Positions 1 through 9,620 of a stretch of 64,000 bases of DNA are shown piece after piece. The first letter of the stretch is position 1, and every line of letters begins with the position of its first letter. The position numbers and the translations under genes are program-made. The DNA comes from Anaerovoracaceae bacterium. GTDB taxonomy: Bacteria; Bacillota; Clostridia; Oscillospirales; Acutalibacteraceae. Location: positions 23,665 through 87,664 of the forward strand of contig CAVAPB010000002.1 of assembly GCA_963590415.1 (NCBI GenBank). Reading direction: 5' to 3'. Under the pieces are notes generated by a model, which worked only from the letters and a program-made list of their open reading frames with translations, made no database searches and was not told the origin of the DNA.

Positions 1-151
1 TCGATACATCTTCATTTCCCGAAACAATCCGCCTTATTTTATCAAAGCCGGCAAATTGCGAAAAAAGACAGTCGCAATCGAAACCGAAGTCCGCATTACC
101 GCTGTTTTTCAGCTCACAAAGACCTGCTGCGTAAAGCTCTTTAACCGTCAT
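1..151 (-). CDS. prmC: Partial CDS (N-terminal ~50 aa, continues past window start), probably release-factor glutamine methyltransferase PrmC/HemK
   Basis: Truncated, so absent from the ORF track. My translation from minus-strand ATG 151..149 is MTVKELYAAGLCELKNSGNADFGFDCDCLFSQFAGFDKIRRIVSGNEDVS. The ATG overlaps the upstream DUF1385 stop (ATGA). The N-terminal pattern and DUF1385-prmC neighbourhood are typical of Firmicutes. The catalytic region lies outside the window. Confidence 0.4.
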   Translation of the reverse strand, partial: MTVKELYAAGLCELKNSGNADFGFDCDCLFSQFAGFDKIRRIVSGNEDVS

Positions 152-1125
152 TTTATCTCGTCGTCCTCGGGATTGTCGGTAAGCACCGCCTTGAGCGCTT
201 CGATTCCTACCTCGATTATATCGTCCGTAGGCTCTTTGGTTGTAATCCTCTGCATCCAAAGACCGGGAGCGGAAAGTATTTTAACAAGCAGATTATCATG
301 CCTGCCCGCATACTTGATAAACTCATAACCGATACCCATAACAAGCGGCATAATAAGCAGCTTTATAAATATCCACAACATTCTGTTTATGTCGGCGAGA
401 TTCGGGAAAATAAGAACAAGAGCGGACGACAGCAAAATGCTCAAAAGTATCATAACAAACATAAAGCTTGTACCGCATCTCGGATGAAATCTAATCTGCT
501 TTCTGACATTTTCGACAGTCAGTTCAAGTCCGTTTTCATAACAAAAAATTGATTTGTGTTCAGCGCCGTGGTACATAAACACACGCTTTATGTCCTTCAT
601 CTGCGACACGGCGAGCATATAGAGAACAAATATGATTATTCTGATTATGCCCTCAAACAGCGGATGGAATTCAAGCAGCTTTCCGAATGTCAGCTTATCA
701 ACCGCAAAGCTCGGCAGCCACATAAACAGGAAAAGCGCAAGCGCAAAGCCGAGAACGGCGGAAATTACGCCGACAGCATTCATCATTTTTTCACCGAAGT
801 GCTTTTCAATCCATCTGTCAAGCTTTGACATCTCCTCATCCGGCGGATTTTCAAGACCTCTTGTTGACTTTTCGGCTGACTCCATAAGATAACCGTAGCC
901 CGTAACAAGAGACTCCACAAAGCCGACAACACCTCTGATAAGAGGTAAAGAAAAGAACTTATTTTTTTCTCTCCACGGCTTAACATCCTTATATTCGGTC
1001 TCAATAGTTCCGTCGGGAAGTCTAACGGACATTGCAGCACCTTTCGGTCCGCGCATCATTATGCCCTCGATAAGCGCCTGACCGCCGACTGATGTCTTAT
1101 GCTTTTTGCTGACTTGATTACTCAA
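148..1125 (-). CDS. DUF1385 (YqhQ-like) membrane protein
   Basis: 325-aa ORF with the N-terminal GGQALIEGIMMRG motif and C-terminal hydrophobic helices typical of DUF1385/YqhQ. Confidence 0.85.
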   Translation of the reverse strand: MSNQVSKKHKTSVGGQALIEGIMMRGPKGAAMSVRLPDGTIETEYKDVKPWREKNKFFSLPLIRGVVGFVESLVTGYGYLMESAEKSTRGLENPPDEEMSKLDRWIEKHFGEKMMNAVGVISAVLGFALALFLFMWLPSFAVDKLTFGKLLEFHPLFEGIIRIIIFVLYMLAVSQMKDIKRVFMYHGAEHKSIFCYENGLELTVENVRKQIRFHPRCGTSFMFVMILLSILLSSALVLIFPNLADINRMLWIFIKLLIMPLVMGIGYEFIKYAGRHDNLLVKILSAPGLWMQRITTKEPTDDIIEVGIEALKAVLTDNPEDDEIK

Positions 1126-1140
1126 TTTTATACCTCACAA

Positions 1141-2439
1141 TTATGAATTTGCTTTAATCGTTACCTGTACGGTATAATCTCCGTGAGCCCAACAGGAGGT
1201 GTTGTCACGAACAGATATACTCACAGGTACCGAAACCGTACCCGATGTTGCACTGACCTGTGATAGGTCAACCTCAGCATAGACATTATTCGGATTAAGC
1301 GACTCAACAGCGCTTGCCGGACCGATAATTTTAACATTTGACAGCGTCTGCTGAGAAATCATTCCTTCATAGCCGTCCTTCTGCTTTGTTACAGAAATAT
1401 TTGAAGATGGTATTGAAACATAGGTTGATACGACATTATTCATATTCACGCTTACTCTAAAGCGTTCGACAGAGTCGGTTATTGTATAATCCGTAATATC
1501 GTCCTTTTTGAAGGTAAAGGTGTTGTTGCCTGCGTCAAGACTGTTGAAATCTATTGTACCGACGCTGATTTCCTTGATGTCGTCAATTTTTTCTACCGGA
1601 ACGCCAACCTTTACCGACGACGGATAAACAGTCATGTTCATCGATCCCAGAAGATAATCGGCAGGTGCGTTTTTAAGCGTTACGGTGGTTGGAAGGACAA
1701 CCTCCTTCAAAACGGGTATTGTAAGGGTTATTCCGCCTTCTCCGACATCTATCGATGTGTTTACAAATTCCGTGTTTTCCGCTCCGAGCAGCTGAATTTC
1801 CGGTGTAAAGGTTGATGTTGTTTCAATTATTTTATCAATATTTACGGTAGCCGCAACACCTGTTATTTTATTTATTTCGGTAGACGGTCCGCTGACTCTG
1901 ACAGTGCTCTTTGAAAAAACAACATTACCCTGAATACAGCCATCGGGAACAATACTGTTAAGGTCGGTGACTATGTTTGCTTCAAGCGGAAATTCTTTTT
2001 CTTTATAGGTGTCAAAATAAACAGAAATGTAATTCTGCGAAAGAGATACCACGGTGAAGTCCTGACCCTTTGAAGGAGTTGCTTTCAAAAGGAGTGATTT
2101 ATTTCCCGCCGAATCAACAAAATTAGTTTGCGCCGTAACCTTAATATCGTCTGCCGTAAGAGAAGACACAATAAACTTCTTGCCTGAAACAGTAACATCA
2201 ACTGTATAAGTTTCATTGCCGAAAACCTGTAAGCCGAGTTGAGACGGAACGCTGTTTTCCGTATCGATATACACCGGAACGGAAACAATAACATTCTCGA
2301 CTATCGGGCTTTTGTCAACCGAAACCCAAAGCCAAACGCCAAATGCGCAAACAAGAGAAAAGCAAACGACAAATTTATTATTTGAGAACCATTTGCGGTA
2401 ATTAAAAAAGCGTCTTAATTTGGTAAATTTTTCTTTCAT
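1141..2439 (-). CDS. cdaR: CdaR, YbbR-domain regulator of diadenylate cyclase
   Basis: 432-aa ORF with an N-terminal TM anchor followed by repeated YbbR-like beta domains. Its ATG overlaps the cdaA stop (ATGA at 2436..2439). Confidence 0.85.
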   Translation of the reverse strand: MKEKFTKLRRFFNYRKWFSNNKFVVCFSLVCAFGVWLWVSVDKSPIVENVIVSVPVYIDTENSVPSQLGLQVFGNETYTVDVTVSGKKFIVSSLTADDIKVTAQTNFVDSAGNKSLLLKATPSKGQDFTVVSLSQNYISVYFDTYKEKEFPLEANIVTDLNSIVPDGCIQGNVVFSKSTVRVSGPSTEINKITGVAATVNIDKIIETTSTFTPEIQLLGAENTEFVNTSIDVGEGGITLTIPVLKEVVLPTTVTLKNAPADYLLGSMNMTVYPSSVKVGVPVEKIDDIKEISVGTIDFNSLDAGNNTFTFKKDDITDYTITDSVERFRVSVNMNNVVSTYVSIPSSNISVTKQKDGYEGMISQQTLSNVKIIGPASAVESLNPNNVYAEVDLSQVSATSGTVSVPVSISVRDNTSCWAHGDYTVQVTIKANS

Positions 2440-3308
2440 TGTTTATGACGCCCCTTTTTTATGGTTTTTAAGAAGCCCTTTTCATCGTTATCCTCGGGAA
2501 TAAATGTTTTTGTAAGTAATTCGCGAAGATCGCCGTCGGAAAGATTTCTTTTAAGATTACCCTTTTCGGCAACTGAAATTATCCCCGTCTCCTCTGAGAC
2601 TACAACAATAAGCGCATCGCTCTGCTCACTCATACCGATTGCTGCACGATGCCTTGTACCGAGCGAGCTGTTGATATTTGTATTGGCGGTTAACGGAAGT
2701 ATACAACCTGCCGCACAAATTCTGCGATCCTTGATTATCATTGCTCCGTCGTGAAGCGGCGCTTTCGGGAAAAAGATATTTTCAATCATTTCGACCGACG
2801 GCTCCGCATCGATTCTTGTACCGGTATCGATTATCTGTCCGAGAAGCGAACCGCGTTCAAAAACAATTAAAGCGCCGACCTTATCATCGCTCATATCGGC
2901 ACACGAACGGCAGACGGAGTTAATCATTCTGCTGACAGGCTCATATTTTTTTGTTTTATCATTACCTTTTATAATATTGTTAAGCGAGCTTCGTCCGACG
3001 CTTTCGATAGCGTGTCTTATTTCAGGAGAGAATATAACGACAAGTATCAGTAACAAATTCGGGAAGAAAAGAGAAAACAGATATGAACTTGCCTGCATTT
3101 TAAGAAGGGACACAACAGCATATATTATAAAAATAAGGATAAAGCCCTTTGCAAGCTGAATAGCCTTGGTGTCTCTGATAAGAACGATAGCGCCGTAAAT
3201 TATCAACGCTACAAAAAGTATGTCAAGTATGTCCGAAATTCCGTTAAAGGACATAAGCGCATTTTTCATCTCCGAAAAGAATTCGGACGCAGTCATCAAT
3301 TTTTCCAT
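2436..3308 (-). CDS. cdaA: Diadenylate cyclase CdaA (c-di-AMP synthase)
   Basis: Three N-terminal TM helices plus a DAC domain (LHDGAMII, GTRHRAAIGMSEQSDALIVVVSEETG). The ORF opens at 3347, but ATG 3308 (MEKLMT) has an AAGGTGG SD. Confidence 0.9.
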   Translation of the reverse strand: MEKLMTASEFFSEMKNALMSFNGISDILDILFVALIIYGAIVLIRDTKAIQLAKGFILIFIIYAVVSLLKMQASSYLFSLFFPNLLLILVVIFSPEIRHAIESVGRSSLNNIIKGNDKTKKYEPVSRMINSVCRSCADMSDDKVGALIVFERGSLLGQIIDTGTRIDAEPSVEMIENIFFPKAPLHDGAMIIKDRRICAAGCILPLTANTNINSSLGTRHRAAIGMSEQSDALIVVVSEETGIISVAEKGNLKRNLSDGDLRELLTKTFIPEDNDEKGFLKTIKKGRHKQ

Positions 3309-3398
3309 TAAACCACCTTTTTTTGACAAGAAAATACAATATATCACGATACATAAAAATATAGTTATACATAATCGTGATATATTGTACCATAAATA

Positions 3399-4553
3399 TC
3401 AGCTTTTGGCAATTTCAAATACCGAATTTAACAATAAATTCACATCATTCATATTTGTGAAAAATGACGGAGCCGCTCTGACGGTTCCCGTGTCCTCTGT
3501 ACCGTAGGCTTTATGTGCCAAAACGGCACAGTGCAAACCCGCACGCACGGCAATCCCCTTTTCGTTTAGAAGCGCACCGACCTCTTCGCTGTTCTTGCCT
3601 TTGACATTAAAGGAAACAAGCGGAGCAAAGCTCTCGTATTCCGACTCAAAATCCGTATAGGTAATTACATTTTTCATAGCTTTGAGTTCGGAGCTTATCT
3701 TCTTTATTACAGCCGTCTCGTGAGAACGGATTTTTTCCACGCCTGCTCGCTTTACGAATTTCATACCAGCGCTTATGCCTGCTATAAGAGGTACGCTGAG
3801 CGTTCCGCTTTCAAGCCTTTCGGGCAGGTTCTGCGGCTGTGACAGTATTGCCGAATAGCTTCCCGTACCGCCCTCGACAATGGTGTCGAGTTCAATATTT
3901 CCGTTTATAATCATCATACCGGAAGCCATGGGCGCATATAAGCCCTTATGAGCTGCAACGCAGAGAATATCTATTCCGTCTCTTTTGCAGTCAATATCAA
4001 AAACGCCCGAAATCTGAGCACTGTCAACAATAAATTTCAAACCGTGCTTCTTACAAAGCGCCGACAGTCCTTTAATCGGCGGCATTTTACCGAAAACATT
4101 TGATGCCCCCGTGCATACAATCGCAACGGTATTGTCTCTTATAAGCCTTTCAAAATTCATATAGGTTTCGCCGTCGTATTTTTCCACCCTTGCAACGCTG
4201 TAATCGCAAACTCCTCTGTTTTTGAGTGTTTCAAGAGGCCTTACAACGGCGTTGTGCTCCAATGAGGAAATTATAAAGTGTGAATTTTTCTTTGCAAGTC
4301 CTTTTATGGCGCAGTTTAACGCAAATGTGCAGTTCGGCGTAAAAATCACATTCATCGGGTCATCCGTTCCGAACATTTCGCACGCCGATTTCCTTGTATC
4401 GTAAATCAATTCCGCAGTCGAATACGCCATGCTGTGCCCTGCTCTTCCCGGGTTTGCGCCGTAAACACGCATTGCGTTCGCAACCGAGGACACTACGCTT
4501 TCGGGCTTGGGATAAGTCGTTGCGGCATTGTCGAAATATACCATTATCTCCAC
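3399..4553 (-). CDS. Class V aminotransferase-fold cysteine desulfurase family protein
   Basis: 384 aa with an N-terminal YFDNAATTYPKP motif and the PLP-lysine context AAHKGLYAP. The architecture is that of stand-alone Csd-like desulfurases. Confidence 0.85.
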   Translation of the reverse strand: MEIMVYFDNAATTYPKPESVVSSVANAMRVYGANPGRAGHSMAYSTAELIYDTRKSACEMFGTDDPMNVIFTPNCTFALNCAIKGLAKKNSHFIISSLEHNAVVRPLETLKNRGVCDYSVARVEKYDGETYMNFERLIRDNTVAIVCTGASNVFGKMPPIKGLSALCKKHGLKFIVDSAQISGVFDIDCKRDGIDILCVAAHKGLYAPMASGMMIINGNIELDTIVEGGTGSYSAILSQPQNLPERLESGTLSVPLIAGISAGMKFVKRAGVEKIRSHETAVIKKISSELKAMKNVITYTDFESEYESFAPLVSFNVKGKNSEEVGALLNEKGIAVRAGLHCAVLAHKAYGTEDTGTVRAAPSFFTNMNDVNLLLNSVFEIAKS

Positions 4554-4759
4554 ACGGCTTCTATTACGGGAACTCCGTGAAGCTCCAAAACAGACACCGT
4601 GTCACGGGGCGCATTATAGACATAGAGAATATAACTGCAACCCTCTTTTGCCTTGGGTCTCGGATTTTTTTCCACGGTTGACCTCACGCCTTTCATTTTG
4701 AGTATATCTCTCGCTTTCAGGGCGTAGGTTACCGAGGACAGTTTTACAATAAGATTCAT
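4544..4759 (-). CDS. DUF3343 small protein (putative S/Se carrier-like)
   Basis: About 71 aa from ATG 4759 (MNLIVKLSSVTYALKARDILK...CSYIL). This matches the DUF3343 pattern, and the gene overlaps the desulfurase start by 10 nt. Confidence 0.7.
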   Translation of the reverse strand: MNLIVKLSSVTYALKARDILKMKGVRSTVEKNPRPKAKEGCSYILYVYNAPRDTVSVLELHGVPVIEAVWR

Positions 4760-4925
4760 TATTTCACCGCCCGTATAATACTTCATTACATTTTATGCAA
4801 ATGCGCTCTTTAGTTGAAACGCAACCAAACCTAACATAAAACGCACAAAATGTTAATTCCGCTTTATTGATGAGCAATGTCGGTAAAGATATAATGTTAA
4901 AAACAGTTGCAAAGGTGGGAATAAT

Positions 4926-6038
4926 ATGAGAAAATATTACTTGGATAACATACGGAATATAACCGTTCTGCTTGTTGTCGTTTATCATGCATTTTACATT
5001 TTTAACGGTGTAGGCGTCGCAGGCGGCTTGCCGCCGATAACACAGCACCGTTTTCAGGATGCAATACTCTACCTGCTTTACCCTTGGTTTATGGTATTGC
5101 TGTTTATCGTATCGGGTATGTGCTCAAAGTATTATCTTGAGAAGCATACCGAAAAGGAATACTTAAAATCAAGAACCGTTAAACTGCTTGTCCCGTCAAC
5201 CTTGGGTCTGTTCGCTTTTCAGTGGATACAGGGATATATAAATATGAAAATTTCGGGTGCATTCGATACACTGCCCGAAGGCATCCCCTCTCCCGTTTTA
5301 TATGTAATCGAAGCGGTTTCGGGTATAGGCGTGCTGTGGTTTGCTCAGATTTTGTGGGTCTTTTCGCTGTTGCTGATTTTAGCCGTTAAACTTGAAAAAG
5401 GTAAGCTTGCAAAGCTCTGCGAAAAAGCAAATATCATTGTTCTTATTCTGCTCGCAGTCCCCGTATGGGCGGCGGCTCAGGTCTTGAACACGCCCGTTGT
5501 TACGGTATACCGTTTCGGAATTTACGGATTTGCGTTTTTCCTCGGATATTTTGTCTTTTCAAACGAAAGCATAACCGAGCGGCTCAAAAAGTACTTTTTA
5601 CCGCTTGACATTGCTGCCGCCGTACTTGCCGCAGCTTACACAAAGGTTTATTTCGGACAGAATTACACCGAAGAACCTGCGATAAATTCGCCTTTGGCAG
5701 CAGCTTTCCTGTGGTTTGCGTGTCTCGGAATACTCGGCACGGCAAAAAGATTTTTTGACAGTGAAAACAAATTCACGGCTTTTTTATCCAAAAAATGTTG
5801 GGGAATTTATGTGCTTCATTACTTACCGTTGAGTGCCTGCGCTTATCTTCTTACGGCAAAAACACAGTTAAATTCGCCTCTCATATATGCGCTTGTCTTA
5901 ATAAGCGGACTTGTTGGTTCAATCGTGCTTTACGAAATAATTTCAAGAATTCCGATTTTGCGTTTTCTCATTCTCGGAATTAAAAAGAAAAGGAGTAATT
6001 ATGTTCTGCAAAAATCTGACAACACTCAGGAAATTTAA
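4926..6038 (+). CDS. Acyltransferase 3 family integral membrane protein
   Basis: 370 aa with roughly 10 TM segments and the N-terminal LDNIRNITVLLVVVYH motif typical of acyltransferase_3/OpgC-like proteins. Confidence 0.8.
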   Translation: MRKYYLDNIRNITVLLVVVYHAFYIFNGVGVAGGLPPITQHRFQDAILYLLYPWFMVLLFIVSGMCSKYYLEKHTEKEYLKSRTVKLLVPSTLGLFAFQWIQGYINMKISGAFDTLPEGIPSPVLYVIEAVSGIGVLWFAQILWVFSLLLILAVKLEKGKLAKLCEKANIIVLILLAVPVWAAAQVLNTPVVTVYRFGIYGFAFFLGYFVFSNESITERLKKYFLPLDIAAAVLAAAYTKVYFGQNYTEEPAINSPLAAAFLWFACLGILGTAKRFFDSENKFTAFLSKKCWGIYVLHYLPLSACAYLLTAKTQLNSPLIYALVLISGLVGSIVLYEIISRIPILRFLILGIKKKRSNYVLQKSDNTQEI

Positions 6039-6417
6039 CAAAATGACACAGGAGGAGCTTGCAGAAAAGGTAGGCGTTTCCCGTCAGTCGGTCGCAAAAT
6101 GGGAAAACGGCGAAAGTGTGCCCGATATAGAAAAATGCAAGGCGATTTCGGAAGTTTTTTCGGTCTCCCTTGACGAGCTTGTAAACAACAGCCCCGCTTG
6201 CGTTACGCTGCCACCTGCGCCAAAGGGCAAACATATTTTCGGAGTTGTAAAGGTCGGCGACAAGGGGCAGATTGTCATCCCCGCAAAAGCACGCCAAAAT
6301 TTCGGCATTGAAGCGGGAGACGAGCTTATCGTCCTCGGCGACGACAACCAAGGCCTTGCCCTGCTGAAAGAAAAAGACTTTATGAAAATGGCAAATGAAA
6401 TACGGAAATTCCTGTAA
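6001..6417 (+). CDS. XRE-family HTH fused to a SpoVT/AbrB-type domain, transcriptional regulator
   Basis: N-terminal MTQEELAEKVGVSRQSVAKWENG (HTH_3) and C-terminal VKVGDKGQIVIPAKARQNFGIEAGDEL (AbrB swapped-hairpin). An AAGGAG SD lies 7 nt upstream. Confidence 0.8.
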   Translation: MFCKNLTTLRKFNKMTQEELAEKVGVSRQSVAKWENGESVPDIEKCKAISEVFSVSLDELVNNSPACVTLPPAPKGKHIFGVVKVGDKGQIVIPAKARQNFGIEAGDELIVLGDDNQGLALLKEKDFMKMANEIRKFL

Positions 6418-6418
6418 G

Positions 6419-6448
6419 AAAAAATCCTCGGTTTCCCGAGGATTTTTT
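6419..6448. terminator. Bidirectional intrinsic terminator
   Basis: AAAAAATCCTCGG-tttc-CCGAGGATTTTTT sits between convergent genes. Confidence 0.75.
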
Positions 6449-6449
6449 C

Positions 6450-7973
6450 TCACACCGACGGAATGTAGAGCTTTTGATTTTGCTCGACGCAGTCGGTTGT
6501 TATATTGTTTTCCGTACTGATAAGGTCAACCCTTGTGTTGTATCTTCTTGCAATGTCCCAAAGCGCTTCTCCCTGCTGTGCAAAATAAATCGTAAGCGCC
6601 GCAGAGCGTTTTTTCTTTTTCTTGGTTTCGTCGCAGGCAATGTCGGAAATTACCTGCTTTCTTGTCACATCAAAAATCATACCGCTGATTTCGGTTTCGA
6701 TTCTAACATCAAGTTTGTTGTCTGCCGAAAGGATATAATCAATACCCGTCGGCGTTACGCAGCAGCTTGCCGAAGAGCTTTCGCTGACCGCGGTCGCACG
6801 CTTGTAGCTGAACTCGATTTCCCTGTCAAAGGACTGCAATTCGTTTTCGGCATTGAGCGCCAAGAAGCTTATATCCGCCTTTCCGCTTACAAGTATTTCC
6901 TTTTCCGATACGGATGTCGTGCAATTTACGCCGTTACAGCAAATATCCTCAACGGATTTAATGCTCGCTCCGCTTATCTCGACTGAACCCTTACAAAGAT
7001 ATGTATCGTTGAACTTTTCGGAAATGTTCTTTATTTCAACACTCTCTTTTTGATACTGCGTTTCATATTCAGTTGAATATGCGTCGGTTGCGTATTGAAT
7101 TCCTGCGTTTTCGTATATGCTTATATCGGCTCTTATGACCGCCGACACATCAATCAGCCTCAGCGCGCCGCTCGAGTCAGTCTTTGCATGAACCTCAACC
7201 GACGGCACGCTCAGCGTAACAAAATCCGTGCAATCCTCGGAGGTTGCCGCCTCGACTATCTGACTTATAGGCATTGAATTTTCAATCTTTTCAAGCGTGC
7301 AGTCGCCGTCCGTAAGATAAACAACCTTTACCCTCAGCTCTCCTTTTATGAGGATTTTGCCCATAACAAGCTTTGTGCTGTCAAGCACGGCAACGGCGTT
7401 ACAACGCACTATCTGCCCGATTGTTCCCTGAGAAGCTCCGATTTCAATCGTTTCATTCATTGAAAACGATCTTGAAACGCAGTCTTTGAGATTTGATACA
7501 TTTCCCGACCTTGTTCTGAGCTGAATATTGTTATCCTCGCAGGAGCAGATGATTTTTTTGTCGCATCTTTCATACGCTTTGAATTCTATGCCGATACTGC
7601 CCCGTATGTCAATTCTCCGCTGACTGATAACACGGCAATTTACATATTGTGTTTTTGCAACGGCGGTACAGGTGCAGTTTTCGGCTTTCGGGGTCTCAAC
7701 AGATTTTGAAACGGGAATTTTTTGCTCAAAGCAGTGAATTTTGCCGTTTTCGCACATATAAAGCACTGAAATGACGGCATTTCCGTCGGCAGTTATACGG
7801 TTGCCTCCCGAGGTTACGCCTGCAATATTGGCTTTGAGCGTACATTTTATTACCCTGACAATATCGGGAAAATAATCGGGTAAAGTGATGTCGCTTTCTA
7901 TCTGTTGCTCCGCCGTCTCCTCGTAAGCAAGCTTTTTCATTGAAATATCGGTGTTCACGGTGTTAATGTCCAT
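6450..7973 (-). CDS. SPOCS/DUF3794 repeat protein with C-terminal LysM (SipL/SpoVID-like spore coat assembly protein)
   Basis: 507 aa with an N-terminal LPDYFPDI motif of DUF3794 and a C-terminal LysM (YFAQQGEALWDIARRYNTRVDLISTENN). Confidence 0.65.
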   Translation of the reverse strand: MDINTVNTDISMKKLAYEETAEQQIESDITLPDYFPDIVRVIKCTLKANIAGVTSGGNRITADGNAVISVLYMCENGKIHCFEQKIPVSKSVETPKAENCTCTAVAKTQYVNCRVISQRRIDIRGSIGIEFKAYERCDKKIICSCEDNNIQLRTRSGNVSNLKDCVSRSFSMNETIEIGASQGTIGQIVRCNAVAVLDSTKLVMGKILIKGELRVKVVYLTDGDCTLEKIENSMPISQIVEAATSEDCTDFVTLSVPSVEVHAKTDSSGALRLIDVSAVIRADISIYENAGIQYATDAYSTEYETQYQKESVEIKNISEKFNDTYLCKGSVEISGASIKSVEDICCNGVNCTTSVSEKEILVSGKADISFLALNAENELQSFDREIEFSYKRATAVSESSSASCCVTPTGIDYILSADNKLDVRIETEISGMIFDVTRKQVISDIACDETKKKKKRSAALTIYFAQQGEALWDIARRYNTRVDLISTENNITTDCVEQNQKLYIPSV

Positions 7974-8090
7974 TTGCAGCCTCCTTAAATTTTAACCTAT
8001 AAAAATATATTCGTGCAAACGGACAATTATTCAAGAATTTATGTGTTGAAAAAGCGGTGAAAATCTGTCATACTGTTATGGGTGAAAAAT

Positions 8091-8792
8091 ATGAAAGAAA
8101 TGTACGAAAGAACACAAATGCTGTTCGGCAGTGAAAACATTGAAAAAATTAAGAACTCGCATATTGCGGTTTTCGGCGTGGGCGGCGTAGGCTCTTTTGC
8201 GTGCGAAGCGCTTGCACGGGCGGGAGTCGGTAAATTCGACCTTATCGACAACGATGTTGTGGCACCCTCTAACCTCAACAGGCAGTTGGTGGCGCTGACA
8301 AGCACCGTCGGGCAATACAAGGTCGATGTTATGAAAGAACGAATACTCGACATAAATCCCGAAGCCGAAGTAAATACATACAAGACCTTTTATCTGCCCG
8401 AGACGGCAGACGAATTCGACTTTACAAAGTATGATTATATAATTGACGCTATCGACACGGTGGCGGGCAAGGTGGAAATAGCAGTAAACGCCGACAAGGC
8501 AAAAACTCCCGTTATTTCAAGTATGGGAGCAGGCAACAAGGTAAACCCCGATATGTTCGAGGTTGCGGATATTTACAAAACCTCGGTTTGTCCGCTTGCA
8601 AAGGTTATGAGAATGAGACTGAAAAAGCTCGGTATTAAAAAGCTGAAAGTTGTCTATTCAAAGGAAAAGCCGATAAAAAACGACACGGGCGTGCACTATC
8701 CCGGCAGTAATTCCTTTACGCCGTCCGTTGCAGGACTTATAATCGCAGGCGAAGTGATAAAGGATATAACTGGTTTTCGCAATAAGGGCTGA
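8091..8792 (+). CDS. tcdA: tRNA threonylcarbamoyladenosine dehydratase (ThiF/E1-like, TcdA/CsdL)
   Basis: Rossmann motif VFGVGGVGSF, NLNRQ and a VCPLAKVMR Cys motif. The ORF opens at GTG 8082, but ATG 8091 has a GGGTGA SD. Confidence 0.85.
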   Translation: MKEMYERTQMLFGSENIEKIKNSHIAVFGVGGVGSFACEALARAGVGKFDLIDNDVVAPSNLNRQLVALTSTVGQYKVDVMKERILDINPEAEVNTYKTFYLPETADEFDFTKYDYIIDAIDTVAGKVEIAVNADKAKTPVISSMGAGNKVNPDMFEVADIYKTSVCPLAKVMRMRLKKLGIKKLKVVYSKEKPIKNDTGVHYPGSNSFTPSVAGLIIAGEVIKDITGFRNKG

Positions 8793-8801
8793 TACAATAT
8801 C

Positions 8802-8828
8802 AAAAAAGACGGCAATGCCGTCTTTTTA
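8802..8828. terminator. Bidirectional intrinsic terminator
   Basis: AAAAAGACGGC-aat-GCCGTCTTTTT between convergent tcdA and sigG. It overlaps the sigG stop codon. Confidence 0.7.
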
Positions 8829-9593
8829 TTTTCCCTTGATTCTGTCTATGACATTCTTTTCAAGCCTTGACACCTGCGCTTGTGAAATGCCTATCTCCTT
8901 TGCGACCTCCATTTGCGTCTTTCCCTGCATAAATCTCAGGGAAAGTATGCGCTTTTCTCGCTCCGAGAGGTCCTTTATAGTCTCCTTTATGACAATTTCG
9001 TCAAGCCAATCCTTATCTGTATCAAGCGAGCTTACCTGATCCATTACATATATCGTATCGCCGCCGTCGTTATACACGGGCTCGTAAAGACTTACGGGAT
9101 CAACAATCGATTCAAGCGCTATCACGACCTGCGAAGTGTCAACGCCCAGCTCTTTGGCTATCTCCTCAACGGTCGGCTCACGGTTAAGCTCATTTTGCAG
9201 CTTTTCCTTTACCTGCATTGCATGGTATGCCGTGTCCCTCATAGAGCGTGAAACACGCACGGCGTTGTTGTCACGCAAATATCTTCGTATTTCGCCGATA
9301 ATCATCGGTACGGCATAAGTTGAAAAGCGTACATTTTGGCTTATATCAAAGTTATCTATCGCTTTAATAAGCCCGATGCACCCTACCTGAAACAAGTCGT
9401 CGAGGTTTTCTCCCCTGTTTGTAAAGCGTTGAATTACCGACAGTACAAGCCGCAAATTTCCGTTGATAAGTTTATCCCGAGCATATTTATCGCCCGAGTG
9501 CATTGCTTTCAAGAGCTCGATTTTTTCTTTTTCCTTTAACACCGTCAGCTTTGAAGTGTTCACTCCGCAAATTTCGACTTTACTGTACTGCAC
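8826..9593 (-). CDS. sigG: Sporulation sigma factor SigG
   Basis: Near-identical blocks to B. subtilis SigG as I recall it: KVEICGVNTSKL, NGNLRLVLSVIQRF, DDLFQVGCIGL, FSTYAVPMIIGEIRRYLRDNN. It uses a GTG start with an AAAGGGA SD. Confidence 0.9.
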   Translation of the reverse strand: MQYSKVEICGVNTSKLTVLKEKEKIELLKAMHSGDKYARDKLINGNLRLVLSVIQRFTNRGENLDDLFQVGCIGLIKAIDNFDISQNVRFSTYAVPMIIGEIRRYLRDNNAVRVSRSMRDTAYHAMQVKEKLQNELNREPTVEEIAKELGVDTSQVVIALESIVDPVSLYEPVYNDGGDTIYVMDQVSSLDTDKDWLDEIVIKETIKDLSEREKRILSLRFMQGKTQMEVAKEIGISQAQVSRLEKNVIDRIKGK

Positions 9594-9620
9594 ATAATCA
9601 TTCCCTTTTGAAAAATATGT

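Noticed and set aside
7974-8081. SigE/SigK-type promoter upstream of the SPOCS/LysM gene, and SigF/SigG-type promoter upstream of sigG (9594..9650)
   Set aside because: Only weak partial matches are present (for example AATAATT-14 nt-ATATATTT). This is not enough to call without position weight matrix scoring.
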